A stretch of 64,000 nucleotides of DNA from the NCBI GenBank assembly GCA_965287045.1, contig OZ336897.1, forward strand, positions 10,726,001 through 10,790,000, read 5' to 3'. Positions within the stretch are counted from its first letter, which is position 1; every line of letters begins with the position of its first letter. The stretch comes from Carcharhinus amblyrhynchos. Taxonomy: Eukaryota. Below are positions 62,168 through 64,000 of this stretch, one piece after another. A model generated the notes under the pieces. The model ran no database searches. It worked only from the letters and a program-made list of their open reading frames with translations, and was not told the DNA's origin. A program made the position numbers and the translations under genes.

Positions 62168-63433
62168 TTTAATGGAGTTCTATGAGGATGTGTCTAGGGC
62201 AGTGGATAGAGGAGAGCCGGTGGATGCGGTCTTTCTGGATTTTCAGAAGGCGTTTGACAAGGTACCTCACAAGAGGTTATTGCAGAAGGTCAGGGGACAT
62301 GGAGTTGGGGGTAGGGTGTTAGCGTGGATAGAGGATTGGTTGTCAAATAGGAGGCAGAGAGTGGGGGTCAATGGGTGCTATTCGGATTGGCGGTTGGTGA
62401 CTAGTGGGGTGCCCCAGGGGTCGGTGCTGGGGCCTCAGCTATTTACCATTTATATAGATGATCTGGAGGAGGGAACCGAGTGCAGGGTGTCGAAATTTGC
62501 TGATGACACCAAGATTGGGGGAAAGGCAAATTGTGCGGAGGGTGTGGAGAGTCTGCAGAAGGATCTAGATAGGCTGGGCGAATGGGCCAGGAAATGGCAA
62601 ATGGAATTTAATGTTGGCAAGTGTGAGGTGGTCCACTTTGGTAGGAAGAATGGTAGGAAGGACTATTACTTACGTGGCGAAAAACTGCAGCAGGCGACGG
62701 TGCAGAGGGACCTCGGGGTCCTTGTGCATGAGTCGCAAAAACCCAGCTTGCAGGTGCAGCAGGTGGTCAGGAAGGCGAATGGGATGCTGGCCTTCATAGC
62801 GAGGGGGATTGAATATAAAAGTAGGGAGGTCTTGCTGCAGCTGTATAGGGCATTGGTGAGGCCGCAGCTGGAGTACTGTGTGCAGTTTTGGGCGCCGCAC
62901 CTGCGCAAGGATATTTTGGCCCTGGAGGGAGTGCAGAGGAGGTTTACTAGGCTGATACCGGAGTTGAGGGGATTGAGCTATGAGGAGAGGCTGAATAAAC
63001 TAGGCTTGTACTCGTTAGAGTTTAGAAGAATGAGGGGAGATCTCATTGAGACGTATAAGATGATGAATGGGATGGATAGGATAGAGGTGGAGAGACTCTT
63101 CCCGCTCAAAAAAGACAGTAGGACTAGGGGGCACAGCCTCAAGATAAAGGGGAGGCGGTTTAGAACGGAGTTGAGGAGGAACTTCTTCACTCAAAGGGTG
63201 GTGAATCTCTGGAATTCTCTGCCCGTTGAAGTGGTGGAGGCTGCCTCGCTAAATATTTTTAAGAAGCAGGTTGATGGGTTCTTGATAAGAGAGGGGATTA
63301 AGGGTTATGGGGAGAGGGCGGGAAAGTGGAACTGAGCCACGACAGATCAGCCATGATCTTATTGAATGGCGGGGCAGGCTCGAAGGGCTAGATGGCCTAC
63401 TCCTGCTCCTATTTCTTATGTTCTTATGTTCTT
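62168..63433 (+). mobile_element. Young 5'-truncated CR1 LINE with open ORF2 C-terminal part
   Basis: 390-aa ORF 62163-63335 ([27 protein letters not shown]) with many CpGs retained and tail (ttcttatg)2ttctt. Confidence 0.95.
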
Positions 63434-63834
63434 AATTCCAACTGAATGCTCAAGGAAAACAGGAAAGCTAGCATGAATGGCCTTAGTCTCTAATTCAAGA
63501 CTTCACACAAAGCTGGAAAAGATCATTTAATCAAGAACTGACAAGAAAAAGTTAACTCAAGGTTTAAAGCCTCATGGTTGTACAAGGAAGTAAAGGAGGA
63601 AGGACCAAGGCACATCAAGAGTTTGAGCTCCAGAAAAACAGTAGAAGTCAGTTTGATTGAGCCTTGTTTCTACAAATTAGAACTGATTTATGATTGTATT
63701 TAACTAATGGAGCTGTGAAAAATGGCTCTGGTTACCTCCCTTAGATTTCTAGGTCATACTTTATTGATTCAGTCTTGCCTGACCACAGATCTTGTAACTT
63801 ACCATATTGCATTTAACTAGCAGTAACTACAACA

Positions 63835-63990
63835 GGCTATCCCCTCCCTAAAATAACTGTGGGTGTATCAACATCACATGGGCTACAGTGCTGTAAGAAG
63901 CAATGCACCACCACGTTCACAAGGGCAATTAAGGTTGGGCAATAAATGCTGGCCTAGCCACTAATGCTCACATCCCGTAAATAAAAGGGA
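63835..63990 (+). mobile_element. 3' end of unassigned LINE (family of 38405-38685)
   Basis: aactgtgggtgtatcaacatcacatgggctacag...gggcaataaatgctggcctagccactaatgctcacatcccgtaaataaa. Confidence 0.65.
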
Positions 63991-64000
63991 AATTTGTATT

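Larger units (their letters stand above)
17309..64000 (-). other. PIAS1: Presumed PIAS1 intron 1 (partial, >46 kb)
   Basis: Lies upstream of the exon 2 acceptor. No MADSAELK-like exon 1 or CpG island was seen in the window. Non-coding alternative exons cannot be excluded. Confidence 0.7.

Noticed and set aside
37576-63190. Recurrent short ORFs MKKFxLNSVLNR... and MRxxGAQNCTQYSS...
   Set aside because: Antisense translations of CR1 ORF2 copies, not a gene family.
1-64000. Prokaryotic systems (CRISPR arrays, operons, defence islands)
   Set aside because: No regularly spaced repeats or dense ORFs. The sequence is spliceosomal-intron DNA full of vertebrate retroelements.
17309-64000. PIAS1 exon 1 and promoter
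   Set aside because: No MADSAELK-like coding stretch with a donor and no CpG island were found by eye. CpG-rich patches are young CR1 or PLE copies.

Overview
This is eukaryotic DNA, not prokaryotic, and almost certainly from a cartilaginous fish (shark), judged from HE1-type V-SINEs, DeuSINE-like elements and abundant CR1 LINEs. The window lies inside one minus-strand gene, PIAS1 (SUMO E3 ligase). Coding exon 2 (17308-16858) and the first 31 nt of exon 3 (31-1) are present with canonical splice sites and matching phase. The rest is intron 2 (about 16.8 kb) and at least 46 kb of presumed intron 1; exon 1 was not found. Nearly all long ORFs are CR1 reverse-transcriptase or Penelope GIY-YIG fragments, or their antisense shadows. 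The most interesting signal is four related Penelope-like insertions, ranging from a 1.3 kb head-to-head element to a roughly 95-bp hairpin with a 13-bp TSD. Three carry minimal hammerhead-ribozyme motifs. One motif has an intact core in the PIAS1 sense orientation, and one inverted arm starts at the predicted cleavage site. There are also several fold-back or template-switch duplications and nested LINE insertions. Repeat family names come from recognition by eye and repeat boundaries are approximate; no database search was run.
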